From: Candidatus Moduliflexus flocculans
GTDB taxonomy: Bacteria > Moduliflexota > Moduliflexia > Moduliflexales > Moduliflexaceae
Assembly (NCBI GenBank): GCA_000739515.1
Contig: DF820457.1
Span: forward strand, 349,804 to 413,803
Direction: 5' to 3'
DNA length: 64,000 nucleotides
The notes under the pieces: generated by a model
The model's database searches: none
Seen by the model: the letters and a program-made list of their open reading frames with translations, nothing else
What the model was told of the DNA's origin: nothing
Made by a program: the position numbers and the translations under genes
In this document: one piece after another, positions 40,755 to 51,588 of the stretch
Layout: every line of letters begins with the position of its first letter
Numbering within the stretch: the stretch's first letter is position 1

Positions 40755-41204
40755 CTACAGCATTTTTTTCATGCAAATGCTATTGTCATTCCCCACGTAT
40801 GCGCCGTAATTTTCGATGACATGATACCCAAGCGTTTGATACAAAGAGATTGCCGCAATTTGTTTTTTGCCGGTTTCTAAAATCAACGCGGTTTTGCCAA
40901 GTTCTCGCGCCCATTGTTCCACGTCCTGCATTAAGATTTTCGAAAGTCCCTGTCCGCGATAGTCAGGCCGCACAAAGACCCGTTTTACTTCCATTTCCAG
41001 AGCATTCACTTCTTTTATGCCCGCGCAGCCAATCGGCGTCTGCTCTCGATAACAAAGCACAACAGGGATGCGATCAACGATGTTTAATGCGGTATAATTC
41101 TCCTGCTTCTGGCCGTACAACTCGCGTAATTCGGCATCCAACAGGCCAACTAATTGCTGAAAATCGGCGTGGGTCGAATCGGTGCGTTTCAGAATATTTT
41201 CCAT
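40755..41204 (-). CDS. GNAT family N-acetyltransferase
   Basis: EVKRVFVRPDYRGQGLSK, LILETGKKQIAAISLY. Confidence 0.88.
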   Translation of the reverse strand: MENILKRTDSTHADFQQLVGLLDAELRELYGQKQENYTALNIVDRIPVVLCYREQTPIGCAGIKEVNALEMEVKRVFVRPDYRGQGLSKILMQDVEQWARELGKTALILETGKKQIAAISLYQTLGYHVIENYGAYVGNDNSICMKKML

Positions 41205-41261
41205 ACGTTACGTTGCAGCGTAGGTCGAAACGATCGTTTCGACCTACACAAAAAGTGTTTA

Positions 41262-42323
41262 TCAGATGAGCGATGCAACCAGATCGCCGATTTCGCTGGT
41301 ACCCATGCCCATTTTTCCGGCGGCAAGACTTTTGATTTTGCCGGATTCGAGGGCTTTTGTGACGGCGGAGTCAATCGCATTTGCCACCGCATCTTCTTTT
41401 AAGGTTTCCATCATCATGATCCCGGAACAAATCGAAGCCAGCGGGTTGATGACGTTCTGGCCGGTATATTTCGGGGCAGAGCCGCCAATCGGCTCGAACA
41501 TCGACACGCCTTCCGGGTTGATGTTGCCGCCTGCCGCGATTCCCATACCGCCTTGAATCATTGCGCCGAGGTCGGTAATAATATCGCCAAACATGTTTTC
41601 GGTCACGATTACGTCGAACCATTCCGGATTTTTCACCATCCACATCGTCACCGCGTCCACATTATTGTATTCGCGTTTGATGGTGGGATAATCTTTTGCG
41701 CCGACTTCTTCATGGACACGGAACCAGAGATCGCCACAGTCAGTCAACACGTTGGTTTTGTGCGCAAGGGTCAATGTGTTGCGTTTGTTGCGCTTCTTCG
41801 TGAATTCGTAAGCGTAGCGGACGCAGCGTTCGACCTGTTTGCGTGTGTAGAGCATCACCTGCGTCGTCACTTCGTCCGGCGTGCCTTTTGCGACCGTGCC
41901 GCCGAGACCGGTGTAGATGCTGCTGGTATTTTCCCGCACAATCACGAAATCAATTTCTGCCGGGCCTTTGTCTTTGATTGGCGTATAGACGTTCGGATAC
42001 AGTTTCACCGGGCGCAAATTGATATATTGATCCAACTCGAACCGCATCGTCAGTAGAATCCCTTTTTCTAAAATGCCAGGTTTGACATCAGGATGCCCAA
42101 TCGCACCAAGGAAAATCGCGTCGAATTTCCGCAGTTCGTCAATCGCGCTTTGCGGCAGCAATTCCCCCGTCCGCATATAGCGTTCGCCGCCAAAATCATA
42201 CGTCTGATAATTCAATTTTACGTCAAATTTTGCGCAGGCGGCATTCAGAACTTTTACCCCTTCGCGCACCACTTCCGCGCCCGTGCCGTCGCCTGGAATG
42301 ACGGCGATATTATACTGTTTCAT
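41262..42323 (-). CDS. leuB: 3-isopropylmalate dehydrogenase
   Basis: [47 protein letters not shown]. Confidence 0.9.
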   Translation of the reverse strand: MKQYNIAVIPGDGTGAEVVREGVKVLNAACAKFDVKLNYQTYDFGGERYMRTGELLPQSAIDELRKFDAIFLGAIGHPDVKPGILEKGILLTMRFELDQYINLRPVKLYPNVYTPIKDKGPAEIDFVIVRENTSSIYTGLGGTVAKGTPDEVTTQVMLYTRKQVERCVRYAYEFTKKRNKRNTLTLAHKTNVLTDCGDLWFRVHEEVGAKDYPTIKREYNNVDAVTMWMVKNPEWFDVIVTENMFGDIITDLGAMIQGGMGIAAGGNINPEGVSMFEPIGGSAPKYTGQNVINPLASICSGIMMMETLKEDAVANAIDSAVTKALESGKIKSLAAGKMGMGTSEIGDLVASLI

Positions 42324-42729
42324 GTTGTTGTTCTCCCTCAAGTAGAATGTTCTTGTCAATGTGCGAAATCGAAAAAACGCGCATTCCGTGCTCGATAAGA
42401 ACGCAAATATCTTGTCAAGGAATTTTCAGGCGAAAACTCTTGACGGATTTGACCTTGTCGGAAACTAAAAACGCAAAAGGCGCAAATGACGCGAGAGGCG
42501 CAAGCGTTATTTACTCACTCATGTTACGCAGCCGATTCGAGACGAATGACCGCACACTCCCCTCCGGGAAGGGGTTGGGGGGGGTTCTTGACACGAGCAA
42601 TCACTTACGGACGAACCCACCCCTTGCCCCTCCCAGGAGGGGAATTGTCGGCGGCGCTGCGTAACATCAGTTATTTAATCTGGCGTTTGCGTTTATTGCG
42701 CCATTCGCGTCGTTTGCGTTAAAATAATT

Positions 42730-43545
42730 ATGACACTCGACGAAAAATATCAGACATTACAGCATATTCTGGGCGAAATGGATTCCGTGTTAGTCGCCTT
42801 TTCCGGCGGCGTGGACAGCACATTTTTGGCATTTGCGGCGCGTCAAGTATTGGGTGACTGCGCTGCCGCCGTGACCGCCTGGTCGCGGCATTATCCCGAA
42901 TTTGACCCCGATGAATTGCGACAATTAGTGGCGCGGCTCGGCATTCGACATCATACTGTCGAATACGATGAAATGACCATTCCGCATTTTCAAGAAAATT
43001 CAGTCGAACGCTGCTATCATTGCAAATGTTATCTATTCGGCCAATTCACGCAGCTTGCCAAAGAATTGAACGCGAAGTTCTTGATTGACGGCTCGAACGC
43101 GGACGATGAACATGATTTCAGGCCGGGACGACGCGCCTTGCAGGAAATGGGAATTCGCAGCCCGCTGCAAGAGGCCGGATTGACGAAGGCGGAAATTCGT
43201 CAGCTTTCGCGGCAATTGGCGCTGCCGACCTGGAATAAGCCGTCCATGCCGTGCCTCGCGACGCGCGTGCCGTACGACATGGAAATCACGCCCGCTGTGC
43301 TGAATATGGTCAATCAGGCTGAAACGTTTCTGCGGCAATTCGGTTTTCAACACATCCGCGTCCGACATCATGGCAATCTCGCTCGAATCGAGCTTGTCAA
43401 ACGCGACATGGAGTGGCTGTTTTCTGAACAATTGACAGAGCAGATCTCCGCCCGTTTCAAGGACATCGGCTATACTTACGTCACGCTCGATTTGCAGGGT
43501 TTTCGCAGCGGCAGCATGAATGAGGTGTTGCGCGAAAAGGGTTGA
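42730..43545 (+). CDS. larE: ATP-dependent sacrificial sulfur transferase
   Basis: AFSGGVDS PP-loop, RCYHCK, DGSNADD, RPG, CLATR, GFRSGSMN. Confidence 0.9.
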   Translation: MTLDEKYQTLQHILGEMDSVLVAFSGGVDSTFLAFAARQVLGDCAAAVTAWSRHYPEFDPDELRQLVARLGIRHHTVEYDEMTIPHFQENSVERCYHCKCYLFGQFTQLAKELNAKFLIDGSNADDEHDFRPGRRALQEMGIRSPLQEAGLTKAEIRQLSRQLALPTWNKPSMPCLATRVPYDMEITPAVLNMVNQAETFLRQFGFQHIRVRHHGNLARIELVKRDMEWLFSEQLTEQISARFKDIGYTYVTLDLQGFRSGSMNEVLREKG

Positions 43546-43546
43546 T

Positions 43547-44911
43547 ATGACACAATTTCTGAATGCACATCGCGCCGCTCTTCATCGAATATTATTGGTT
43601 TGTAGCCTTGCTCCAATCGTCAGTGGCGTTATGTTTGTTGGATTTTTCGGGACGAATGTCCTGTTCTGGGATGAGTGGGTTATTGTGCCGTTGCTGAAAA
43701 AGTTGGTATCCGGGACGTTGACATTCGGAGACCTTTTCGGCATGCACAACGAACACCGAATGTTCTTTCCGCGCCTCGTTCAATTAGGCGTCGTGGCGAT
43801 CACGCACAATTACAACAGCGTGTCTTTCATGTATCTCATTCAGGTCTGTCTGCTGATGACGCTTGCCGTGTTCTATCTCAAGGCGAAACGCCAGTTCAAA
43901 TTCGAACGTCTCCCTTTCTGGTTTCTGCTGATTCCGTGTTTTGTCTTCAATTGGAGGCAATGGGAAAATCTGCTGTCCGGGTTTCAAATCACGTTCGTTA
44001 TGCCCTTGTTTTTCGGCGTTCTCAGTCTCTATTTTCTTGATTCTCACGCAGCGTCTCAATTTGACAGAAGCATCAAACAAAGCTATTGGCCTTTTATCGG
44101 GGCGGTGTTGTCTGCGATTGTCGCGTCTTTTTCAATGTCAATGGGCTTGTTGATCTGGCCTACAGGAATCGTCTGCTTGCTGTTTACCGAAAAGAACCGG
44201 CTGAAAATCCCTTCGATATTGGCGTGGAGTATGCTTGCGCTGTTGACGTGGAGGCTCTATTTTTTTGAAACGCCGCTGCTGTCGCTCTTTCAATCGCATA
44301 AAACAGATACGAGCTTGCTGCTGTACGGGAAATATTTCCTGTCGCTGATAGGCGCGTTTTTTTATGACGAGCCTCATGCGTTGATGTATGGAGTCGCTCT
44401 ACTCGCGCTATTCGCGCTGACGTGCGGCATCGCATGGCGGCAAAACATTCTTGGCGCGCACGTGTTTTGGCTGTCGTCAGGCATCTATTCGCTTGGCGTT
44501 CTTGCCGCCATCACGTTTGGGCGAGCGCCGTTCGGAAGCGCGTTTATTATGTGGAGCCGCTATAGCACCTACACGTTTCCGCTGCTGATTTCGCTCTATA
44601 TGCTTTCGGTTGCGACGGCGCATCATCAGCGGCGGAAAAAATTCGCTCTTCCAGTCAATATTCTGTGCGGCATTGTTTCTGGCCTACTTGTCTGGGGGAT
44701 TGCGGTATCGTCTATGAAAGGATTCAATGACGGGCGCTCCACAAAAATTTATATGGAGAAGGCGGCGCAGACCCTTTTGAATTATCGCGCGGCCTCTTCT
44801 CAAGAGTTGACGATACTCTATCCCAGCGCTGAATTCGTGAAACAATACGCACCATTTTTGGAAACGCGCCAATATAGCGTCTTTCATAATCATCGTTCGG
44901 TGAAACGGTAA
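43547..44911 (+). CDS. Multi-pass membrane protein, GT-C/glucosyltransferase-like
   Basis: WDEW, HNEHRMFFPRL, WENLLSGFQ and SRY motifs in a polytopic protein. Confidence 0.6.
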   Translation: MTQFLNAHRAALHRILLVCSLAPIVSGVMFVGFFGTNVLFWDEWVIVPLLKKLVSGTLTFGDLFGMHNEHRMFFPRLVQLGVVAITHNYNSVSFMYLIQVCLLMTLAVFYLKAKRQFKFERLPFWFLLIPCFVFNWRQWENLLSGFQITFVMPLFFGVLSLYFLDSHAASQFDRSIKQSYWPFIGAVLSAIVASFSMSMGLLIWPTGIVCLLFTEKNRLKIPSILAWSMLALLTWRLYFFETPLLSLFQSHKTDTSLLLYGKYFLSLIGAFFYDEPHALMYGVALLALFALTCGIAWRQNILGAHVFWLSSGIYSLGVLAAITFGRAPFGSAFIMWSRYSTYTFPLLISLYMLSVATAHHQRRKKFALPVNILCGIVSGLLVWGIAVSSMKGFNDGRSTKIYMEKAAQTLLNYRAASSQELTILYPSAEFVKQYAPFLETRQYSVFHNHRSVKR

Positions 44912-44978
44912 ATAATTAGAGGCATGCTGACTGTGTTGCGCTCCTGAAAATTATTCATAGCTAATAAGGAGAATTCTT

Positions 44979-45740
44979 ATGGATATTGACCGTTTGCGGG
45001 AAGTGTTAGAAGGTGTGAAAAATCAGGCGGTGTCGGTGGATGCCGCGTTGGAGACGCTGAAAGATTTGCCATATCATGATATGGGTTTTGCGAAACTCGA
45101 CATGCATCGCCATCTGCGTACTGGCGTGCCGGAAGTGATTTTCTGTCAGGGTAAAACGGTGGAGCAAGTGGTGGCGATTGCGAAACGCCTGACGCAAGAT
45201 CATCACAACATCATGGCAACGCGGGCGACGCAAGACATGGCTGATCGCGTCATTGCCGAAATCGGCGACGCGGAATATCATGAACTTGCGCGGGTGATCG
45301 TCGTCAAACCCGCTCCGCTGCCGGAAAAAGTCGGGAAGATCGCCGTTGTTTGCGCGGGAACTGCCGATTTGCCGGTGGCCGAAGAAGCCGCGATTGTCGC
45401 GGAAACGCTCGGCAACTATGTCGAAAAATTCTACGATGTCGGCGTGGCCGGAATTCACCGCCTTTTGCATCAGCGCCAGAACATCGCGCAGGCGAATGCG
45501 ATCATCACGGTCGCGGGCATGGAAGGAGCGCTCGCCAGCGTCGTCGCCGGATTAATGGATAAACCGGTGATCGCCGTGCCGACGAGCGTGGGGTATGGCG
45601 CAAGCTTTCACGGTCTGTCCGCGCTACTGACCATGCTCAATAGCTGCGCTCCCGGCATTTCGGTCGTTAATATTGATAATGGCTTCGGCGCGGGTTATCA
45701 GGCGCATTTGATCAATCATCTGAGTGGCAAACGGCAATGA
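44979..45740 (+). CDS. larB: Nickel-pincer cofactor biosynthesis protein (PurE-like)
   Basis: PEVIFCQGKT, GTADLPVAEEA, DVGVAGIHRL, AGMEGAL, VVNIDNGFGA. Confidence 0.92.
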   Translation: MDIDRLREVLEGVKNQAVSVDAALETLKDLPYHDMGFAKLDMHRHLRTGVPEVIFCQGKTVEQVVAIAKRLTQDHHNIMATRATQDMADRVIAEIGDAEYHELARVIVVKPAPLPEKVGKIAVVCAGTADLPVAEEAAIVAETLGNYVEKFYDVGVAGIHRLLHQRQNIAQANAIITVAGMEGALASVVAGLMDKPVIAVPTSVGYGASFHGLSALLTMLNSCAPGISVVNIDNGFGAGYQAHLINHLSGKRQ

Positions 45741-45872
45741 CCATAATTTTACAGATACAAACGGAGTACACTGTTTCGGCAATTCTTAGGAGTGCGAAAT
45801 CTCGATTTCGCCCGTCAAATCAAGATGTGACACTCCCCGGTACTCTTAAAAATTACTGAAACAATATAGGAG

Positions 45873-46619
45873 TTACGCCTTTTTGTTTGCTACAATCACT
45901 ACATTCGGGGATTGTTCGGGAATGAACGGATGAAATTGCATATCGCCGAAGCATTCGAATTCCCCGAATCCATGTTGCGCCAGTATTGTTTCGATCTCGT
46001 CTTGCTGATAAGGATACAGCGTGGTGGCGTTGAGTGTTGACGCGGCGTGATCTCCCTGCCACTGAATCGTCAGCACGTTAAAGCGAATGAGCGGATCGAG
46101 AAAATCGTAAAAACGAACATATTCGGTGTTGTCATGCCGATGAATGCCGACAACGCGCTCTTTTTCGGATAAAACGCGAGTGTAATTGAGTAATTGAATC
46201 GCCAGAATGCCAGCGGGATGCAGTATTTGCGCAAAACTGCTGGCCGCTGCCTCAAATGCCTGCGGCGTCAAGAGATGCGGCAGCGAATTGCCGAAACAAA
46301 ACACGGCATCGAATGACTGGTGAACATGGGTCGCGACATTTTCCATGCTCGCCTGAACCCATTCAACGTGAACTCCTAATTGATCGGCATGACCTTTTGC
46401 CTGCGCTAACATTGCGCTGGAGAGGTCTGTGCCCACCGTTCGAATTCCCATCTGCGCCAATAAGACTGCATGAAGCCCTGTCCCGCAAGCGGCATCAAGC
46501 ACTGATTGAACACGATAACGCTCACGCCAGCCTTGCAGCATCGCGCGTTCTTTGGGAAGACGCTCATCAAAGCGCGTCATTTTATCATACTCTGCGGCAA
46601 GTTCTTCGTAAAACGCCAT
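45873..46619 (-). CDS. Class I SAM-dependent methyltransferase
   Basis: VLDAACGTG, FDAVFCFGNSLPHL. Confidence 0.88.
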   Translation of the reverse strand: MAFYEELAAEYDKMTRFDERLPKERAMLQGWRERYRVQSVLDAACGTGLHAVLLAQMGIRTVGTDLSSAMLAQAKGHADQLGVHVEWVQASMENVATHVHQSFDAVFCFGNSLPHLLTPQAFEAAASSFAQILHPAGILAIQLLNYTRVLSEKERVVGIHRHDNTEYVRFYDFLDPLIRFNVLTIQWQGDHAASTLNATTLYPYQQDEIETILAQHGFGEFECFGDMQFHPFIPEQSPNVVIVANKKA

Positions 46620-46930
46620 AATTCTCCCCCCTGAAAGAGTGTTCATCGTTTGCGGCGTAAGTCGAAACTACAGTTTCGACCAACATGAATAGCTTCTCTG
46701 AAAATCCTATTAATATGGCCATTTTTTTACAAGTCAAGCGTCTGAATGAATCGAGCGAACGCTGAGAAGTTATCGTCATTATTGCGTCCGTGAATTCAGG
46801 TCCCATAAAATGTGAGTACCTCCTGAAAAAACTTGACTTTCCACTGGCATTTTTCACACGTACAGGCGAGATACACTCTGTTATTCAATTCTATTCTACT
46901 CGTCAACTCGCCAAAAGGAGGCGCATAATT

Positions 46931-47596
46931 ATGTCCGCGTATGTCAACGGCAAACAATACCTGCAAGTCACCACACTGCGCATGACGCCGCAGCTTAAGA
47001 TATTATTAACCATTATTCGTGATAAAAACACGAAACGCAACGATTTTATTTTTTACGCTGATCGGATTAACCGCTTATTAGTGGAAGAAGGACTGAATTT
47101 TTTGCCTGTGCGAGAAAAAAAGATCGAGACCCGCACCGGAGCGCAATACGTTGGGGCAGAATTTGTCGGGAAAATTTGCGCCGTCCCGATCATGCGAGCG
47201 GGCTTGAGCATGGAAAGCAGCATCCGCGAAGTGGCTAAACGTATCCGCATCGGGCATATTCTCATCCAACGCAACGAAGAAACTGCGGAAGCGATGTTTT
47301 TCAAAGAATGGCTGCCGGATGATATCCATGAACGCTTTGTGTTCATTCTCGATCCGATGCTGGCCACAGGCGGATCGGCGAACGTGACGATTCGGCGGCT
47401 TAAAGAGCGCGGCGTGAAGGAAGAAAAAATTATTTACATTAATCTTGTTGCCGCGCCAGAAGGGATCGAGGCCGTATTGAGCGTCTTTCCAGGCATCCGC
47501 ATTATCACGGCGGAAATTGACGAAGGGTTGAATGATCGCGCCTATATTATCCCAGGATTAGGGGATTTTGGCGATATGTATTTTGGCACCGAATAA
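46931..47596 (+). CDS. upp: Uracil phosphoribosyltransferase
   Basis: VPIMRAG, GHILIQRNEET, ILDPMLATGGS, YIIPGLGDFGD; AAGGAGG RBS. Confidence 0.95.
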   Translation: MSAYVNGKQYLQVTTLRMTPQLKILLTIIRDKNTKRNDFIFYADRINRLLVEEGLNFLPVREKKIETRTGAQYVGAEFVGKICAVPIMRAGLSMESSIREVAKRIRIGHILIQRNEETAEAMFFKEWLPDDIHERFVFILDPMLATGGSANVTIRRLKERGVKEEKIIYINLVAAPEGIEAVLSVFPGIRIITAEIDEGLNDRAYIIPGLGDFGDMYFGTE

Positions 47597-47638
47597 CCGA
47601 CGGACATCTGACTTGTAAAACAGGAGGAATGACCACTG

Positions 47639-49189
47639 ATGAAAGTCGCTACCGCAGAAGAGATTCAAGAGCTTGATCGCCGGGCTATCGAAGAAATTGG
47701 AATTCCAGGCGTCGTGTTGATGGAAAATGCTGGCTTGCATGTTGTTAGAGCCATGCGCGACCATTTTCCTGATCTGGACAAACAGCGCGTATTAATTGTG
47801 TGCGGCAAAGGAAATAACGGCGGCGATGGCCTTGTCGTGGCGCGGCATTTGTTTAATCAGGGGATTGACGAAGTTCGCGTGACGTTGCTGGCAGAAAAAG
47901 AGCAATTGAAAGGGGATGCCAAAATTAATTTCGATATTGTCACCAAAATGAATATTCCAATTATCGAAATTACCTCGAATGAGCAAATTCCGGCTTTTCG
48001 CAATCTCAGCGCACAAGCAGATATTTTAGTGGACGCGATTCTTGGCACGGGCTTAAAAGATGCGGTGCGTGGACTCTATAAAAATGTTATCGAGTCCATG
48101 AACAAGGCCAGACGACCGATTATTTCAGTGGACATTCCTTCTGGACTCAGCGCAGATTCCGGCGTGGTGTACGGCAGTTGCATCAAAGCGGATATCACGG
48201 TGACATTTGCCATTCCCAAACGCGGCGTCCTGCTTTATCCCGCCGCCGAGTATGTCGGCGAATTGGAAATTGTGGATATTGGCATTCCGCAGCAATTGAT
48301 TGAACACTCCGACATTAAAGTTCATCTGGTGCAAGCCGCAACCGTGAAACGCACGTTTCGCGACCGTCCGGCCAATACGCATAAAGGCACGTATGGGCAT
48401 GTGCTGACGATTGCCGGCTCTCCTGGAAAAGCGGGGGCTGCCTTGATGGCTGGACGCAGCGCATTGCGTGCCGGCTCTGGATTGGTGACGCTTGCAGTGC
48501 CGGAAAATTTGCGGATTCCGCTGGAAATTCCGACATTGGAAGTGATGACCGCTGCGCTGCCGGAAACCAAAGAAGGGACGATCAGTCTCGACGCCTACGA
48601 CGCGATTATGGCCTTGCTGGAGGATAAGCGCGTGTTGGCGTTAGGCCCGGGACTCTCCACGCATCCGTCAACTGTTGAGCTTGTGCATCGGTTAATTCAA
48701 TCGGTTGAAGTGCCGATGGTCATTGACGCAGATGGCATCAATGCGGTGGCGCAGAATCCTGGAGTGCTATTGAAAGCGAAAGCGCCGGTTGTGTTGACGC
48801 CGCATCCCGGCGAGATGGCGCGGTTAGTGCCAAACATCGCGATTCAGACCAATCGGATCGAAGTCGCGCAAGAGACGGCGCGGCGATATAACGTTTTTCT
48901 TGCCTTAAAAGGCGCTCGGACGGTGATCGCTTCGCCAGATGGCAATGTCTTTATCAACCCAACCGGCAATCCCGGCATGGCTACGGCTGGCGCGGGCGAC
49001 GTGCTGACCGGCATTATCGCCGGATTAATCTCTCAAAATATCATTCCAGTGGAAGCGGCCAAAACTGGCGTCTATCTGCATGGGCTGGCCGGCGATCTTG
49101 TCGCCGCCGAAAAGGGCTATTACGGGCTGATTGCCGGGGATATTCTCGAAATGATTCCGTATGCGATCAAGCGCATTCAGGAAGAATAA
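47639..49189 (+). CDS. nnr: Bifunctional NAD(P)H-hydrate epimerase/dehydratase
   Basis: LMENAG, GKGNNGGDG, VDIPSG, HKGTYG, LTPHPGEM, GMATAGAGDVL. Confidence 0.95.
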   Translation: MKVATAEEIQELDRRAIEEIGIPGVVLMENAGLHVVRAMRDHFPDLDKQRVLIVCGKGNNGGDGLVVARHLFNQGIDEVRVTLLAEKEQLKGDAKINFDIVTKMNIPIIEITSNEQIPAFRNLSAQADILVDAILGTGLKDAVRGLYKNVIESMNKARRPIISVDIPSGLSADSGVVYGSCIKADITVTFAIPKRGVLLYPAAEYVGELEIVDIGIPQQLIEHSDIKVHLVQAATVKRTFRDRPANTHKGTYGHVLTIAGSPGKAGAALMAGRSALRAGSGLVTLAVPENLRIPLEIPTLEVMTAALPETKEGTISLDAYDAIMALLEDKRVLALGPGLSTHPSTVELVHRLIQSVEVPMVIDADGINAVAQNPGVLLKAKAPVVLTPHPGEMARLVPNIAIQTNRIEVAQETARRYNVFLALKGARTVIASPDGNVFINPTGNPGMATAGAGDVLTGIIAGLISQNIIPVEAAKTGVYLHGLAGDLVAAEKGYYGLIAGDILEMIPYAIKRIQEE

Positions 49190-49279
49190 GGCCAATCGAG
49201 TTTGAAAAGAACCTGTGTAGGAGTGTCAAAGCAAACGTTGGCACTCCTGAATAGCTACGATTTTTTATAATACGCAAGT

Positions 49280-51529
49280 TCACATCCATATCGTAATCGG
49301 GTTCATCTCGGATTCACTGATTGGCTTCGGAATCCATCCTAATTTCACCGGCACGTCATATAAGCGCCCCGGCGCAAATCGCGCTCGAATGTGGCGAAGA
49401 CCTGGCACAATCACCTTAACCACGCTCATTCCGATGTCCGGTCGCGTGACATCATTCACAAGAAATTCTGCCCCTAAATTGCGCGTAATCTCAAAACAGC
49501 GTTCAAGATCATCCAGAATATCCTCGCGATACCATTCGGAGTAAGATGAACGGGTTTTCGCGGGAACGGATCGATCCGGAGCAAGATACGGCAGATGTTC
49601 AAGTCGTCCAGTGCGATTCCAATCCTTCATAAATTGCTCGCGTTCCGACCGCGCTCGTTCCGCCATGCGCCCGCTTTCCATCAGATATAAGGATTGATTC
49701 ATTTCCGTCAGCGCCCTGCTGAGCGCAATTCTGACATCAAAATGCGTGCCATACCCAAAGGTCAGCATTTCGTCTTCGCGTCCCACGGTGCGAGAGATCG
49801 CTGCGTATGTCGGAATCGTTGAATCTGTCGTCAAATCCAGCACCCAGAGTTCCCTGCTGAGTGCGGCGTAATATTCACGCAAGGCGTCGAAATACGAATC
49901 GTGAAAACTGTCTAAATCCACCGCCGGGCGCTGTAAGCGGTTATACCACCAGATTGACACGGAATCCCGCTCGACGACCTCGAAAAATGCCTGCAAAATC
50001 GCCTCTTCAAGCACATTTCCAGCCGCAAAGCCATTCGATTCGACGCTATAAAACAAATCGCCGCCATCAGCAGGATCAGTGTAGCGCAAATAACAATACG
50101 CCGTCGGCACATATTTGACAGTCTGCGCTGTGCACGACCAGACTGGCGTCCAATCAATCGGCGTTTCTGGATCAAGGCGGATCGGGACATGTTCAAGCGA
50201 GAGATGCGACCGATTCCATTCCTCGCGGCAGCGATATTGCTCCTCGCTGAACAACATGCAGCGCTCAATCGGGATAAAACGCTCATCAGCCTGGCTATAT
50301 GGCATGCGGATGCGAAATTCATGGCCTTGATAGATCGCCGAATACCGCTCGACCGCTTCGCTGAAGGCGCTGGCGCGCGATTGCAGGTCGCTTCGCCCTT
50401 TGCCGGTGCTGTTGTTGCGCAACGCCCGCTGCAATTCGGCATAATTCCTGTTTACCAGAGATAGGCGATGAATCCCGGCATACATGGTGATTAATCCGTT
50501 CGCATCCGTGAACATCTGCCGCAATTCCGTGACAATGCCAGTAATCGGGCTGATCAAATGTCCGTAGCGCTTGAAGGTTTCTGTAGGAGAACAAATGCGA
50601 TGTCCGCCATCTTCGGTAAAAAATTTTTTTCTGGATTGCAATTGCAGAGGACGAGGCTCTTCATCGTGTGGCATTCCGCAGATAGGGCATTGCGGACGCT
50701 TTGAGAGGATATGCTTATCAGTCTGCAAGGTCGCGGCATCAAGTGTGATGATCGTTCCTTTCAGCGGAGAATGCGCGATATCCGCCAGACACAGCGCGAC
50801 CTGCGTTGCCGCTAACGCGCAGCCGGTTTGAAGCGTGCTCGGCAGCATCGCCCGCGACACCGGGAACGGCGCGGAACGTTCAATTTGATATTGCAGGGAA
50901 CTTTCGACTTTGCGATGTTCCGCCAACCGGTGAGCCAGACAATACCAGCAGCCCGTTTCGCCCGGAATAAAGAGCGGGCCAATCCATAACACCGCGCCGA
51001 CTGGCTTGACAAGCAGCCAGGGAGACCCCGCCTGCAACCGTTCCTGATTAAATTCGCGCAGCCCGTCTTGCAAGTAATCGTCAACGAGCGCAACAGCAAG
51101 CTCGCCAGCGTGATCGGGCTGAATTCCTAACGCGCTGAGTTGAGCCGCGAACGGCTCAGCCTGAACTTCCCCAAACGTATGCAATGCGACCCGTGCAGGC
51201 GTCTTTTGCCAGTTCGCCTGGTTGGGATCAATGCCATGCAGATGCCAAAATGCCGCCGTCGCATCCGCAGGCGCGTCTGCCGCATCCACAAGGTACCCCT
51301 GCGTTTCCAGACGCTCTAACGCATAACGGATGCTCGCTTCAGAGACAAACGCCTTCAGTTTCTCCTCAATGTCGTTGACAGCGTGCGTTCCGTCTAAAAA
51401 CGGGGCAATGGCTCGATACAAAAGTCCGCGCAAGGCATAATGCCTTTTTTCGCTCAACAAATAGACGACATCTTCGTCAGGAGCAACTTCGACATGGAAA
51501 TGCGGTTTAAATTTGGGCTTTTCAAGCAT
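49280..51529 (-). CDS. Fused RRE/E1-like + YcaO cyclodehydratase (TOMM C-D fusion)
   Basis: N-terminal RRE-like segment; IGPLFIPGETGCWYCL, KRPQCPICG, GKGRSDLQSRASAFSEAVERY, SNGFAAGN, EVVERD, RALTEMNQ, VKVIVPGLRH; ends MNPITIWM. Confidence 0.92.
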   Translation of the reverse strand: MLEKPKFKPHFHVEVAPDEDVVYLLSEKRHYALRGLLYRAIAPFLDGTHAVNDIEEKLKAFVSEASIRYALERLETQGYLVDAADAPADATAAFWHLHGIDPNQANWQKTPARVALHTFGEVQAEPFAAQLSALGIQPDHAGELAVALVDDYLQDGLREFNQERLQAGSPWLLVKPVGAVLWIGPLFIPGETGCWYCLAHRLAEHRKVESSLQYQIERSAPFPVSRAMLPSTLQTGCALAATQVALCLADIAHSPLKGTIITLDAATLQTDKHILSKRPQCPICGMPHDEEPRPLQLQSRKKFFTEDGGHRICSPTETFKRYGHLISPITGIVTELRQMFTDANGLITMYAGIHRLSLVNRNYAELQRALRNNSTGKGRSDLQSRASAFSEAVERYSAIYQGHEFRIRMPYSQADERFIPIERCMLFSEEQYRCREEWNRSHLSLEHVPIRLDPETPIDWTPVWSCTAQTVKYVPTAYCYLRYTDPADGGDLFYSVESNGFAAGNVLEEAILQAFFEVVERDSVSIWWYNRLQRPAVDLDSFHDSYFDALREYYAALSRELWVLDLTTDSTIPTYAAISRTVGREDEMLTFGYGTHFDVRIALSRALTEMNQSLYLMESGRMAERARSEREQFMKDWNRTGRLEHLPYLAPDRSVPAKTRSSYSEWYREDILDDLERCFEITRNLGAEFLVNDVTRPDIGMSVVKVIVPGLRHIRARFAPGRLYDVPVKLGWIPKPISESEMNPITIWM

Positions 51530-51588
51530 ATTCAGATTCTTTCCCGCTGAGATTCATATCCAGTATTATGCGTTACGATTGAGCAAAG

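Noticed and set aside
42460-42660. Riboswitch or attenuator between leuB and larE
   Set aside because: The hairpins seen belong to the CCCCTCCC..GGGG repeat family, and no convincing riboswitch consensus or Leu-rich leader peptide was found.
45873-46619. SAM methyltransferase as a PoyE-like member of the RiPP cluster
   Set aside because: It is separated from the cluster by the housekeeping genes upp and nnr, and the cores contain no Asn for side-chain N-methylation.
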